Shown here piece by piece: positions 23,604 through 36,799 of a stretch of DNA of 64,000 nt (positions are counted from its first letter, which is position 1; each line of letters begins with the position of its first letter). The DNA lies in NCBI GenBank assembly GCA_964016885.1, contig OZ024740.1, positions 337,652,001 through 337,716,000 of the forward strand, read 5' to 3'. The notes below the pieces were generated by a model. That model was not told the origin of the DNA. It worked only from the letters and a program-made list of their open reading frames with translations, and searched no databases. Source of the DNA: Eledone cirrhosa. Lineage: Eukaryota. Position numbers and translations under genes: made by a program.

Positions 23604-25301
23604 CAGGTATGAAAATATGTGTATGTATATATATATATCTATATATGTGTGTATGTATGTATGTTTATAAATATATTCAAAATATGCATACATATATACA
23701 TCCCTACACAAAGATATACACATCCATATATTTATTCCCAAATATACATATATTTACATTTGTTCAGATACTTCTAAGTCAGTAGATTTGTAATTTGATT
23801 GTGAAAAGATATTTTAAGATTGTCTCTAAAACTTTCCGAATAATTTCCCTGTGAAAGGAATCCGTAGACAATGTAACCAATTGCCGGAAATTCTTGCTTT
23901 ATACATGAAATGAATTTCTAAATTTGCTGAATCATTATTTACTATTAGATGTGGGTGCATGATACAGTTATAGATTGATCATTATATTGATATAGTTTGG
24001 TCATATATTTGATTTATCCTGCAATAAACATGTACAGAATGAATCCAGTTGAAAGATAATTGACTGTAGCTGTTCACTCATATTGCACAAAATAGTAGGT
24101 CTGGCATATTCAGTTATTGTTATTGTTGTTGTCGTTGTTTAGCCCAGGGACAATCTTGATCAAGCAGACAGATGATGAAAGGTATTCTGTGTGTGTTCTA
24201 CTATCTAAATCTAATGTCCTGTTTGGATTGTGTAAATGGGTTAGAGTTTCTTAACGATGCCTTCTCTTTTACAATAACCCTTTGAGAGACAATGGCTGTA
24301 AATTCCCATGGAATATTTTGGGGGTTTTTGGGGAATGACTTCCCAGGAAGATTTTTCATAAGCTTGGACAAAATTGTTGTATTATGCAGAATTGGCTGTA
24401 TTGGCTATTTCTTATGCTTGATCATAATGGATGGCTTGGTAGGTTCATGAATGTTTGAGCAAGCTCGATCAGATGATGATGAAATCTAATGTTTTCTTTT
24501 ATTCTTTTACTAGTTTTAGTAATTAGACTGCAGCTATGCTGGAATGCTATCTTGAAAGAATTTAGTTGTTCACATTGACACTAGTAAATATTCTTCAAGT
24601 CTGGTACTTATTTTATTGATCTCTTTTTGTTGAACTGTTAAGTTATAGAACATAAACAAACAAGAAATATAAAACAAACTTGCCCTTTCCCCACAACATA
24701 CATATGCATATGATGGGCTCCTGCATGATTTCTCCCAAATTTCACATGCAAAGCATTACTTTTTCTTTTTAATCTTTGGAGTGCTGGAGGTGACAAAATG
24801 CACCATAGAGTAATCTACTCTTAGTAGATAATGCAGTGTCATAAAAATTACTAGTGTATTAAAGGTTAAGATGATGTGGTTTGATTTCTGGGACATTTAG
24901 CCGATATTTTCGTGCAGGTCATGGCAACCAAGTAGAAGTTGATTGAAGACATTCCAACCATGACTATTCTGTATGTTTAATGGTATCTAGGGCTAATGCA
25001 TACTTATTTTGTTTTAAAGATGATGGTTTCATCTGAGGGATATTTAGCTGCTATTTTCTTACAGGTTATGCAACCAAGTAGAGGCACCTTCATTGGCTTG
25101 TTGTCCAGTCATTGTAGGCTGATTGATAGGTGATAGTCTTTTTTATATTGTGATGTATTGAACTGACATGTCCAGTAGTGTTCTGATGATAGATAATAGC
25201 TGTCCTTTCATATTATAATATATCATGCTTGACTGAGATGACCAGTTGTTCTTGGCCGATCAATAGATGATAACCATCATGTGATACTATGATATATCCT
25301 A

Positions 25302-25344
25302 TTAGACTGAAATGTCCAATTTGATATCAAAATCTGGGCTACAT
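25302..25344 (-). CDS. Last coding exon of a C20orf96/DUF4618-like gene: (K)CSPDFDIKLDISV*
   Basis: Acceptor tttcttctctttccag; phase 2 matches the exon at 30115-30257; resembles the KCTPDMDVILNI C-terminal motif of C20orf96 (from recall). Confidence 0.65.
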
Positions 25345-27523
25345 CTGGAAAGAGAAGAAATTATCATTTCAAATATAAAAGGATAAATAACATATAAAAT
25401 AGCAAGAAGCAATCCTCATAATAATAAATGTCTTGAGAATGATTAAGAAAAGATGCAGACAAATAAATAACCAAAAGCTCAGAATTGACATATATACACA
25501 ACATAGAGAAAATAACATTATTAGACATTGCTCACATGTTATATAAAGTACTTTAAAATCAATAGAAAAATACAAAAATAAAACAAAAACCTTGTAAAGT
25601 TGTGTTGCGTTGTTCATTGAAAAGGTGCCATAAAAATAAGACAACTGAAATGATGTAGAAACAAAAATGAAATAGATAAAATAAGTACCTGACTTAAAAA
25701 TGTAAGTACCAGGGTCAATATGATCTACTAAATCCTTTTAAGGTGGTACCTGAGCATGACTATAGTTTAATGACTGGAGCCAGTACAAGAATATATAATA
25801 GAGAGGCTGGTGACAAAAAGGTTATACGCTACATGCAAAAAAAAACAGTTTACAATTTGAATACAAGGGCATCGAGAAAAGAATTTAAAAATGAGCCCTC
25901 ATATACACACCAGTTTCACTCCACTCAGCCATTTTCATCATATTTACAAGAGAATAGTACAAATCTTCAAGCAAAACCCAAAGAAGTTCATAGGGACTTG
26001 TTTGAAGGGATAAAGTCTTCAACTTGTACAAATGCATCCACTGTACAGTTAGTATTACATCAGTGAAAGACAATGTCCTTTAAGGTAGATTTAAAGTGTT
26101 ATAGAAATGGAAGTTCAGGACACATTGGCTTAGTAATCTAATTTTAGCATCTGTTATGTAAATCTGAAATATCACCAAGAAAAAAAACCAAATAGAAAAT
26201 ACTGTCTTAGAATAGGGCTTGATATTAAAATCATTTCCTCTAAAAAATATATTTCTACACCATCTCAGTTACCTTGACATTCCTTGTATTAATCAATGAA
26301 AATCAATTTTGTGCAATGATGACCTTTCAGCTCCAGCTTGATTCTTCCAATGCAACCAACAAGATTTTTGGCCCCTTTTCATCTTATGATTAATTGAATC
26401 ATTAATATTCAAACAGGCAGCCTAGTTTCTGGTTGATAACAACAACTTTGCAACTTTAGACAATCAAGGGGGAAAATATCACAATAAACCTGACTTTTTC
26501 TTCACTTTTCTGATTCAAAGTAATTAAATCTTTTTTTTAATGAAAACAAACAAAAGCAAAATATTTAAATATTCATCATTATTTTGTGAAGTTAATTTTC
26601 TCTAGCTATGATTTATAGGATGATTGCTACAGCTTCTCATATTAATGTTTGCAGTGAGATTTTTTTTATTAGTTTATTATCATCATATCTGAAGAAGAAA
26701 TGCATTGACCATAACCTACATGTATCCTCTAAGATCAGAGGTGATTTAGATTGATATGGTTTGTAATTCAAATAACAAAAATACTCAAAGAAATCTTGTC
26801 TATGGAGTTGATGTTTATGTGAAATAAGGTTATCATGAAAATACTTGTATTTAAGACAATTCCTTCTTAGCTATAACATTCTAATATATATAACAATTTC
26901 AGGTGTGACTATTTAATATATATAGTATTTTCAGTATGACTGTTTATGGATAGCATTCTCTGATCTAACTCTCTAATCTTAACTATAATAAAGAAAGGAG
27001 TGCAGGACTGCATCCAAAAAATATTTTTTTATCCCGTTTGTAAAATAAGTTGGATTATTTGAATAAATAATGAATGAATATTACATAATTTATCTACTAA
27101 ATTTCGTTATTCTTGATTAAATATAAATAATTGTTTCTACTTTTGGCACAAGGCCAGCAATTATCCAGTGTATTACTGGTACTTTATTTTATCGACCCCA
27201 TAAGGATGAAAGGCAAAGTTAACCTTGGCTATAAATAATGCTATTACTTATTTTAAGATTCACTTCTTTAAAATTTTCAAATGTCAACACTTCCAGTTAG
27301 CGACCGCTTAAATAAACATTCATATATTTCCGTCACTAATTTTCTCCTAATGCAGTTTATATATAATATCGTCTTTTTTTAATGTATCATGGATTATGTT
27401 ACATAAGACAGTGTAACACAGTCTTCGTTCAATTTCTGTGGATATTGTCAATTACGATTTCATTTGATATATCATATCTATATGTATATATATTTGCGTA
27501 TAATATCAATATACACACTACAC

Positions 27524-27567
27524 ATGCTAGCAGAAAGCCACCCGAAGGGTGGTTTTTCTGCTAGTAT
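27524..27567. repeat. About 20-bp stem hairpin ending CTAG/TATA
   Basis: ATGCTAGCAGAAAGCCACCC GAA GGGTGGTTTTTCTGCTAGTAT. Confidence 0.75.
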
Positions 27568-28643
27568 ATATAACTATCAAATAGATAGCCTTTTCAGGTA
27601 TGGCTGTTTTTTGGATAACATTCTAAATATTATTTGAACCACTTTAAAACTGAACATTAATATTTGACACTATTTTACTTTATTCATTGCAACTGCTTCT
27701 TCTTCATTTTGGATTCATTAAAGACATTTGATATTTCTACAGAAATTCAAGAAAACAAATCTATGTTTGTTTTGAGTTCATCTTATTGATATCTCATATA
27801 CTGACTTCATATTAAATCACTGCATGATATTTGATGATAATATCTTATCAATTCCCAAACCAGCCTTTCAATTTTTAAGAATCCTAACGCTATTGCAGTC
27901 AAGTTTTATAGCAAGCAGATAGCACAGATCCACACTGAAAGAATTATACATATGAATGCCAGAAGAACATACACAGTGTAATGAATATCAATATAAAATT
28001 CTCTATTCCTTAAATCTACATAAAGGAAGGAAAGAGACTGAGATATTTAGAATGGAGAAAACCAAGGATTTGTATACGCCATGCCAGCCATTGCAGATGT
28101 GAATCATGACATGTCATCAGTTAATTTGCTACATTACAAACACCATAAAGTTAATCTACCGGATGACAAGAAGACTTGAATAACAAATATTATGTTTAGT
28201 TGCATGAAGCTGCTGTCACAGCAATTTTGATGTTCACTTTACTGTTGTGGCAAGTAATTGATACAATTGCTTCACCGACTAATTAGTTCTCCATAAATAG
28301 TTACCAGACTATTTGTCTTTCTCCCTGTTGGTGAGGACCAGCGAATAGAATGGTGAATATGACCAATAATACTCCACTTTGTCTGTCAAGTGTTACTGTT
28401 GCTCCCATCTCTCTCAAGTATTGGCAATTTTATGCTTTACTGCATTATGTGGCAGAGGTGTCCACATAAATTGTTTTCACTTTGTTGCTGTGGTCTATAG
28501 GTCCAGTGAAGCAAGTGCTTGTGGTAAACGAAGGATTGGAGAAATATTTAAAAGACTTGAAACAATTTGGTAAATTCTATATTTACAAATCTCTTAATAT
28601 TACAGTGATTTGGTCAATTGATGTATATTGGTTCTATGTTGGC

Positions 28644-28674
<31 letters not shown>

Positions 28675-29254
28675 CAGCAGTAGCAATAACACTGAAGCAG
28701 CAACACTAACAACATACCAACAGCAGAAAAGATAAAACATTTGATGATCCCTTGTCCTAAAAATAGCAGTAAAATCTCCCTGAAATCACAATCTATGTGT
28801 CATATTTATTTAGAAAATAAGGCACATTAGATAATGTGGTCTTGTATGTATGGCATCTTAGAAACTTCTTTGACTTGAAGTTTATCTGCTTGATCAGGAA
28901 TGCCTTTTATTATAAAAAAAAGTAAGCTAATAAATAAATCATTACAAGACTGCTTGATAAGGGCTGACCTAAACAGTCACAACAGCACCACCACATGCAG
29001 TAACTACAACAACATACAGGAATGAGGAAACCTCTATTTGGTCATGTGATCTGCAAGAAGTAGCTGCTAAATTCTTCTCAAATCATATCCTACTATTGTA
29101 GGATAATGTATTCTGGGAAAACTATACCTAAAAGAGAGATAGCACATCCAAAGCTAGAATATTTTTGATCATGTTAATACAATCAGTACGATAAAGTACG
29201 TAGCTCAAAGATCAGATAGTCACTCCAGGTAGAAACACTACTTCTCTAAATTGA

Positions 29255-29525
29255 GAGATCACAGCTCTGATACTATGGGACATGTGGTTAGAATGTCTCA
29301 GGAAAGAATCACTGGACAGATTTTACGTGCAAAACCAACTGGCAGGAGACCCGGGGATAGACCCCGAGCAAGATGGTTGGACAACATCCATGAGCTTCAC
29401 TAGACATGCTTGAGGATCCAGCCAGATCAGTTGGAGACGGTTACTTCTGACAGGATCCGCTGAAAGGTGTGTTTAAGGACTCTGCCCCCATGACCCTCTC
29501 AGTAATAAGTGAAAGAAGAAGAAGT
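29255..29525 (+). pseudogene. Old RTE LINE 3' fragment
   Basis: GHVVRMSQERI..RRPGDRPRARWLDNI; (GAA)n tail. Confidence 0.65.
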
Positions 29526-30114
29526 ACAATGAGTGCTGTCCTAGGGCTAAACAATAACAATTCTATCACCATTATACCAATCATGACTACTACCACTACT
29601 ACCTCCACACACACCATCACCAATCCTACCATTACCCACATTGTTGTCAACAATAAACAGAAGCAACTAATAATAATTGTTTCTACATTTGGCACAAGGC
29701 CAGCAATTACCCCAGTGTATTACTGGTACTTTATTTTATCGACCCCGTAAGGATGAAAGGAAAAGTTAACCATGACCGGATTTGAACTCAGGCCATAAAG
29801 GGCCATAACTATGCAAAGATTTGGTAGAGATTAACTAAAAGTGATGATAGTGGAGTAGATTGAGAAACATGGGGAAAAAGAGAGAGAGGGAAAGTGTGTA
29901 TGTGTGTGTCAGAGAGAGATGGAGGGAGGGAGAGAGATGGGGAAAGAGAGAAAGAAAGAGAGAACATGAGGTACAAGAGTCAGAAAGGAGAAAATCTTAT
30001 TAGAAGGGGCTGTGTTTATGGTCTTCAGAAGTTCTCACAGACTGTGAACATTGTTGTAGTTAACATCCATTCTCAGAGAGAGAGAGATAGAGAAGTATGT
30101 GTGTAAAGCCTCAC

Positions 30115-30257
30115 TTGTTATTTGGTGCAAAAACTTCTGGAAACATCTGCTTTCTGAAGTTGGTTATGTCACTTTGTGCCAGATACTTCACTTTGTCAGT
30201 CAAATCTTGCACATCCTTTGTATACTGGTCATGTTCCTTAGTGAGTAAGCTGATTTC
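30115..30257 (-). CDS. Internal exon of C20orf96/DUF4618-like gene: EISLLTKEHDQYTKDVQDLTDKVKYLAQSDITNFRKQMFPEVFAPNN(K)
   Basis: Acceptor ctctctatcttcatag, donor gtgagg, open 143-nt frame, coiled-coil-like composition. Confidence 0.75.
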
Positions 30258-30487
30258 CTATGAAGATAGAGAGCCCAATAAATGTTATACATTTATTATA
30301 CATTCATATGGAGGTAATACTACCATACAACAATACTCATTAATTGTTCATAAACAGATTTTCTCCATATGCAATATAAACACCTGCAACAATTTTATAC
30401 AGATGACATTTTAATTTATCATTTTCTCTTACTGACTTAAAAATGGGAGTGATGGGATAAAAATGGGAATGATAGTCCTAGATAACA

Positions 30488-30530
<43 letters not shown>

Positions 30531-30847
30531 CTTAGAAAGGTCAGGAATGAAATGCTTTTAGTCATAGAACGTTAACATTGGGATAAACAACAACTGCTAC
30601 CAAATATTTGTACCTCATCCTTCCTATACAAATAACACAAAATTAACCTTTAATATCCTGATCACATGAAACTATATTAGCAAGACATTGTTGAAAAGTA
30701 CAAAATAGCACTATGACTGAATCAAATTAAAAAATAAAGTTTTTATTTTAGTTTACTGCAAATGTTCACAATTATCTGTTTACAAATGATGGTACCATAA
30801 ACATTCGAAATAAATATTTTTTTTAGATATTTTCTGTTAAATCATTT

Positions 30848-31140
30848 CAGGATATGACATGCTGTGACACCTTCTCTAGCAGCAACCTGGTGCATTTGGT
30901 TGACAGCCATGCTTTGCTGCTTGTCAGGCTGAAGAGAGCAAACTGTTCAAATGTCGACCACTCTCTGATAGGTTTGTGGTTGTTCTTGGCCCTCAGACTA
31001 CATCCCAGCTTACTGTTATCAGAGCAGAGTTGGAAGCTCACAGGTGCAAACCTTGCAAGGTGCAGTGGCTGTTCCAGTGCATCTCTTTGACTATCCTCCA
31101 GGGCAATGTCTTCTCCAATCTGTCAGCTGGGACCAAGAGG
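30848..31140 (+). pseudogene. CRE-clade non-LTR 3' fragment
   Basis: DMTCCDTFSSSNL...WLFQCISLTILQGNVFS; homologous to the 9470 and 37632 fragments. Confidence 0.6.
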
Positions 31141-32509
31141 CAGACGACATATTAAGGCAGATGACTCTTGCATGTGAATCTTTTGAGGCCATTTAGTTAA
31201 TTGAAACCCATCAACATCCTGTAACAGTTTAGCAAAACATACGTAAAAACTTTGCTTCATAAAGTAGGGGGTTCACCATTTTGTAGAGAATATGCAGTAT
31301 CATACTTATTCAGTGTCTCTGTGTTTTAGTCTTATTATATTGTTCTCTGCAAAATATTAGATATGTGGTTTCCTATGTTAAACTGTCAAATTTGTTACAA
31401 ATGCTCAGTTACATAATCTTTAATAATCTTTAATGGTAACACTACATATATAACTTTGAGGAAACATCTATGTAGTTTCACAATGTGTTAGAAATAACAG
31501 CCAAATCTCTATCAACACATTGGATAACATACTTCTTGATATACAAATGATTGGTTGGTCACGACTGGAATGCCTTTCATCATAGGCTTACTTACATTGG
31601 TTGAAACATCGACAACATCACTAAGACTAGGCTACCTTATTAGAGTGAGAACATACTTTAATCTCAAATAGTGGATGATCTCTATGACATTCATATAAGA
31701 ACCACTTAGTTAGCAGTGTTGTTCACATGTATGGAGCAGTGCTGTTGTTATGCACCAAAATATATTAGACACACATTAGAGAAGTGCTCACATAACTGGG
31801 ATGATGCTGTCACTGACCACACACACTTTCACAAACACAATCTATGTCTCTAAACACACATAAGCCCCCATCACACAAATATTCTTGCTAGCAGGGAAAA
31901 TGTATGTTAAATGATGATGATATTTTAGACCAAATACACTGCTCTATACTACCACTGCACTATACTGCCACTGCACTATACTACCACTGTAACATACTAC
32001 CACCATACTATACTGTCTCTGTACCATACTGCATTATCATTTCTTCACACTCATTGAGACTAAATTGTTTCACATCCAAAGCCGACTATGACACAAGTCC
32101 ACAAATATAGTACACCAAGTCATAAATCACATACACAGGAGAATATATTATGAATCATATAAACAGTAATTGAATATGGATCTTCCATTGGTTTCAACAA
32201 TGAACATTCAATTAATGAATGAACTGAATCACCAGCTCATGAATTAATGTATAAATGGTTGAGTATTCCATACTTTATTTTAATTAACTAATGAAGAATT
32301 ATGAAGGATTTACTAAAATTATTAATGATTTCATTAGTAAGATAGTAACTTAACGTAATGTTCTTATATAAAATTATGTTGGAAGATTTTAATTTAAATT
32401 GGAAACCTTTAAATTGGGTGCTTTTTTATTTCATAGAACCAGTGCTGGCTTTGGTTGGGTTGGTAACTAAAGGGTTAATGAATTTCCAAACTAAATCAAC
32501 ATGACATAA

Positions 32510-32920
32510 CACTAAAAATTATTAACCATCTTTCCAAAACAACCCTGAGCAGCTTTTTGAATTCCATGTGTCTAATACCCATGGGCATACCTACAAAATC
32601 AGAAAACAGTACAGCTACCATGACTTTCGGAAACATTTTTTCACACTCAGCATTGCTGAAGCATGGAACAAACTACCTGCATCTGTTGTTAGCTGTTGGG
32701 ACACTGCATCCTCCAAAACCTCCATGCTTCCTGAAATTCGTCAACACTACACCTGATATTCTCCCTCCACATACATGCATACGTGTTTGTATCATGACTC
32801 ATACACTGTTCACTTTCCTGACATTTGTACATTATTATATGTACTATACATGCACCTTTGATAAGTTGTGACACCCTTGAGCACTGTACACAATCATTTT
32901 CATAATTACTATTATTATTA
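32510..32920 (+). pseudogene. CR1-like LINE 3' end
   Basis: THGHTYKI..FRKHFFTLSIAEAWNKLP motif plus 3' UTR and (ATT)n tail. A minus-strand UTR copy lies at about 52640-52770. Confidence 0.7.
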
Positions 32921-33219
32921 ACAAGGCTGAAGCTTTGAATTACAGGTACAATGTATCTGATGGGTTTCTACACAGTTTTCATCCACCCTGTTTCACAAGA
33001 CCTGGATAAATATGAGATTGAACATTGAACCTCATGATTATGAAGCAAACCTTTTAACCATTCAGCCATGCATACTTCCACATAGGATAGTATATTATAT
33101 ATGAAATATGTGATACAGCTTCTCATATTTCAGTTATACTGTACAGTACATCATAAATAGAATATATAGCACAGAATATCATAATTGACATTTACAGGAG
33201 TATGCCATGATATACAGTA

Positions 33220-33789
33220 TATGAGAGTTGCTGAAAAGTTCATAGGCTGAGAAATTTATAGGCTGACCAAGATACTCTCATGGTATGACCAAATGAGGTT
33301 TATCTTCAGACATAGTCCCTGGAAAGAAACAATGCAGTTATTAATAAGAAAAGTTGAAATTAATCTTGTTTCCATTAATTTCAACTCTTTGAAAGGCGGT
33401 GAATTGGTAGTATTGGTAAAGGGTCGGACGCCATGCTTTCCAGCATAGTTACGTCCCTTTACAGTCTGAGTTCAAATCCTGTCAAGGTTAACTTTGCCTT
33501 TCATCCTTATGGGGTCGATAAAATAAAGTACCAGTAATGTACTGGGTAATTGCTGACCTTGTGCCAAAAGTAGAAACAATTAATTTCAACTCTTTTATTA
33601 ATAATTTCTTTATTTTTAATAATGATTTTTTCATTATTTTTTTAAATAAATAAAAAAATAATACAGAAATCATTATTAAAAATAAAGAAATCATTAATAA
33701 GAAGAGTTGAAATTAATGCAAGCAAGATTTCACAGCTCTAGCATTACTCCTTCATATTCAGCCTATGAACTTTTCATATGACCCTCGTA
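33220..33789. mobile_element. Mariner-type MITE carrying a nested AT-rich fold-back and a SINE
   Basis: TIRs TATGAGAGTTGCTGAAAAGTTCATAGGCTGA / TCAGCCTATGAACTTTTCATATGACCCTCGTA with TA ends. Confidence 0.7.
33391..33578 (+). mobile_element. tRNA-derived SINE with a 17-bp TSD
   Basis: B box GAGTTCAAATC, GCCTTTCATCC..GGGGTCGATAAA domain, flanked by ATTAATTTCAACTCTTT on both sides. Other copies or fragments at about 27130-27230, 29675-29810, 51080-51235 and 62765-62817. Confidence 0.85.
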
Positions 33790-33949
33790 GTATAGCTTAA
33801 ATAATATATATAGTACAGCATGTCATAAGTAACCTATATTGTACAGTATGTCATAAGTAACATTTAGAGCAGTGTATGTCATAAGTAATATCAGAGTGGT
33901 GTATGTCATAAATAATATCATAAGTAACATATACAACACAGTATGTTTT

Positions 33950-34645
33950 AAGGCAGAGAAGTGTCAGAACCATTAGAATGTTGGATAGAATGCTTTGGAG
34001 TATTCATTCTGGACCTCTGCACTCTGATTTCAAATCCTGCCTTTCATCTTTTTGAGGTTGATAAAAAAAATACTAGATAAGTTAAGTACTGGGGTCAATT
34101 CTTCCTCCATATCTCTTTCTCAATTCCTCTCTATCATACTCACTCCATCTTTGGAAGAAATCAGCTGTGTGCACACCTGCAGAGGAGATGGGGTCCACCA
34201 GGTTTAAAATGCCTAAGAAACACTGTATATTATTAACGTACCCCTGTGACTCTATCAAGAGTTGCAGGTTAAAAGAGAAAAGTATGTCATAAATCGAAGG
34301 TGGCAAATTAGCAGAGTCGTTAGAATGCCACATAGAATGCTTTATGGTATCTGTTCTGGTTCTCTGCTCTCTGGGTTCAAATCCCGCCAAAGTCAACTTT
34401 GCCTTTCATCCTTTCGAGGTCGATAAAAAAAGTACTAGTCTAGTGCTGGGGTCAATTCTTCCTCTATATCTCTTTCTCATTTCCTCTCTCTCACTTTCTA
34501 TCTTTCTCTGGAAGAAATCTGCTGTACTCAGACCTGGAGAAGAGATGGGCTCCACCAGGTTTAAAATGCCTAAGAAACACTGTACATTATTATGGCATCC
34601 TTGCGACTCCATCAATAGTTACAGGTTAAATGAGAAAAGAGAAGG
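33950..34645 (+). mobile_element. Two tandem long-tail SINEs
   Basis: Each has the central domain and the GGTTTAAAATGCCTAAGAAACACTG tail; the pair is bracketed by the direct repeat TCATAAGTAACATATACAACACAGTATGT. Confidence 0.75.
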
Positions 34646-36799
34646 ATGTCATAAGTAACATATACAACACAGTATGTCATAAATCAAATATAGATTGCAG
34701 TATTTCACTGTACTTTATGAATGGTTAAACATATATTCAGAAAACTCCTATGAAATAAAACTGTATGAAGGCAAAATATGAACCAAAATTTTGTAACAAC
34801 TATAGCATTGTTGCTTTTGTTGTAGTTATCATTGTAGTTGATGTCTTTTTGATCAAATTACTCATTTATAACCAAATATGGAAATGTGGAAAAGATTTTT
34901 GAAAAGTTCTGTGTTTTGTTGCAAATGTTCTCTTTGTTTTTCCTAGAAAGATTTTTTACTGACATACCGTCGAGGTTTGTCGTATTTGTATGAAGTTAAT
35001 AGGATTATGGGTAAATATAGATTATGCTGACATCAGCATCATTACCATCACCTCCACTACCACATCTATCCCTACCACCACCACTAGCACCACCACTGCT
35101 GCCCCTAATACTTCCACTATCACCACTGCCATTACTGTTGTCATCAGCATCGCCATCATCATCATTGTCATCATCAACATCATCCTAAATGCACTACGAA
35201 CACTATATCACCACTACTACCTCCACCACTACAACTACCACCACTTACAAGACCACCACACCACCACTACCAACACTACCACCATTACTACCACAACAAC
35301 CACCAGGACTATCACAACTATCAACATGACAGCCATCATCAACTACAACTACCAACTACACTACCAACTACAACTACCACCACCACCACCAAATGCCAGA
35401 CTCCCCAACACTACTACAGCTACCACCACCATCATCACCATCAACACTACCACTATCACCAACACCAATTACACTACCATCACAATCCTACATATTCATC
35501 CCTACCACCACTACCAATATTAATCTATTCCTCATGCATATCACCTTCCCACCAAAATCACCACCATCACTACCACTATCATCACTACTACCAATACTAA
35601 TATTTTCTCACATACAACACCACCACCACCAATACTAATCTATTCCTTACATACATATGCACACCACCACCACCATTAACATGCTTCAGCTCTCTGTTAT
35701 AGGTTTATATCTGTTGACAAACCAATCTTCGTCAATGTTTTTTCTATCCTGAGTTGCTGTTTCTTTCTCATCAGTATTTCTTTCTTCTTCACGACTTTAG
35801 CCTGTCTTAGTTAGATTCTATGTCTTCCTTTCTTTACCTGAGGCTGGTATTTAGATGTCGTCACTTATATATCTTCTCATCTTAAATAAAATCAGCTTCG
35901 GCAATAGTAGATACATCACCTAAAACCAACCTGTGTTAGTGAATCTAGGCCACTTCCAATTCATTTTGGCTCCTTTCCATACATCAGTTCTTTTTGTTGT
36001 AAGTAAGGTTGTTTACCTGAAGCTGTAGCTTTTACCTATGGGTTTTAAAGTGGAACCTTGCTGAACACATGCGAACAATGCGTTTTATTAAACTAAGAAA
36101 GCAATGTTAAAACAGTCCCATTGAAACCTTAACCAAACAAATATATTTCTTATTTAAACTAATGTTATTGCAGACCTGCTAACCTCTAAAAACCCAATGA
36201 AAAAAAGTGCCTCCAAACGGGGAGAAATGAGGCAAAAATGGAGAGATTTTACATAATGAATGCTATACCCATTTTTACAAGAGAAGACATCTCTCATCCA
36301 CCCCAAAGTGGGTGGGAGATCTCCCTGTTGAATGGGGAGAGTTGACAGGTCTGTTATTGTTTATCCTCAAGTTAGCTCTGCTGAATGTAACTATGATAAA
36401 AAACATTCCAGCCATGACAGCCATTTTCTTTTGTAGACTCAGTATATCTTGGAAAACATTATCCTTAGATAACATGCGATCTAAAGCAAAATAAATGAGA
36501 ACCAGTTAATGATTTTCTACTAAGGATCAATGTGCATGTTTCTATATGTAAATTCTCTGCAATCAACAATGACAGCGAAGTAGAGCATATAAGAATATTT
36601 TATATTAATGGAATCAGTTGTGCTCAGATATTAAAATTCTCAATAATCATTTAAAACCTTCATTTCAGATTCAATTAATCTCATAGTGGAAAAGTCAGAA
36701 TTAACATTTGATCTTCAGTAGTACACTGAGAAGTTTAGTAAACAAATGAGTAAATCCAAATTAAAAGTTGCAGCAACTGAGAGTCATCGCATCTTTATA

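Noticed and set aside
27650-28570. Decayed transposase or exon (similar cases at 35700-36050 and 44110-44390)
   Set aside because: Coding-like stretches with stops and no diagnostic motif.
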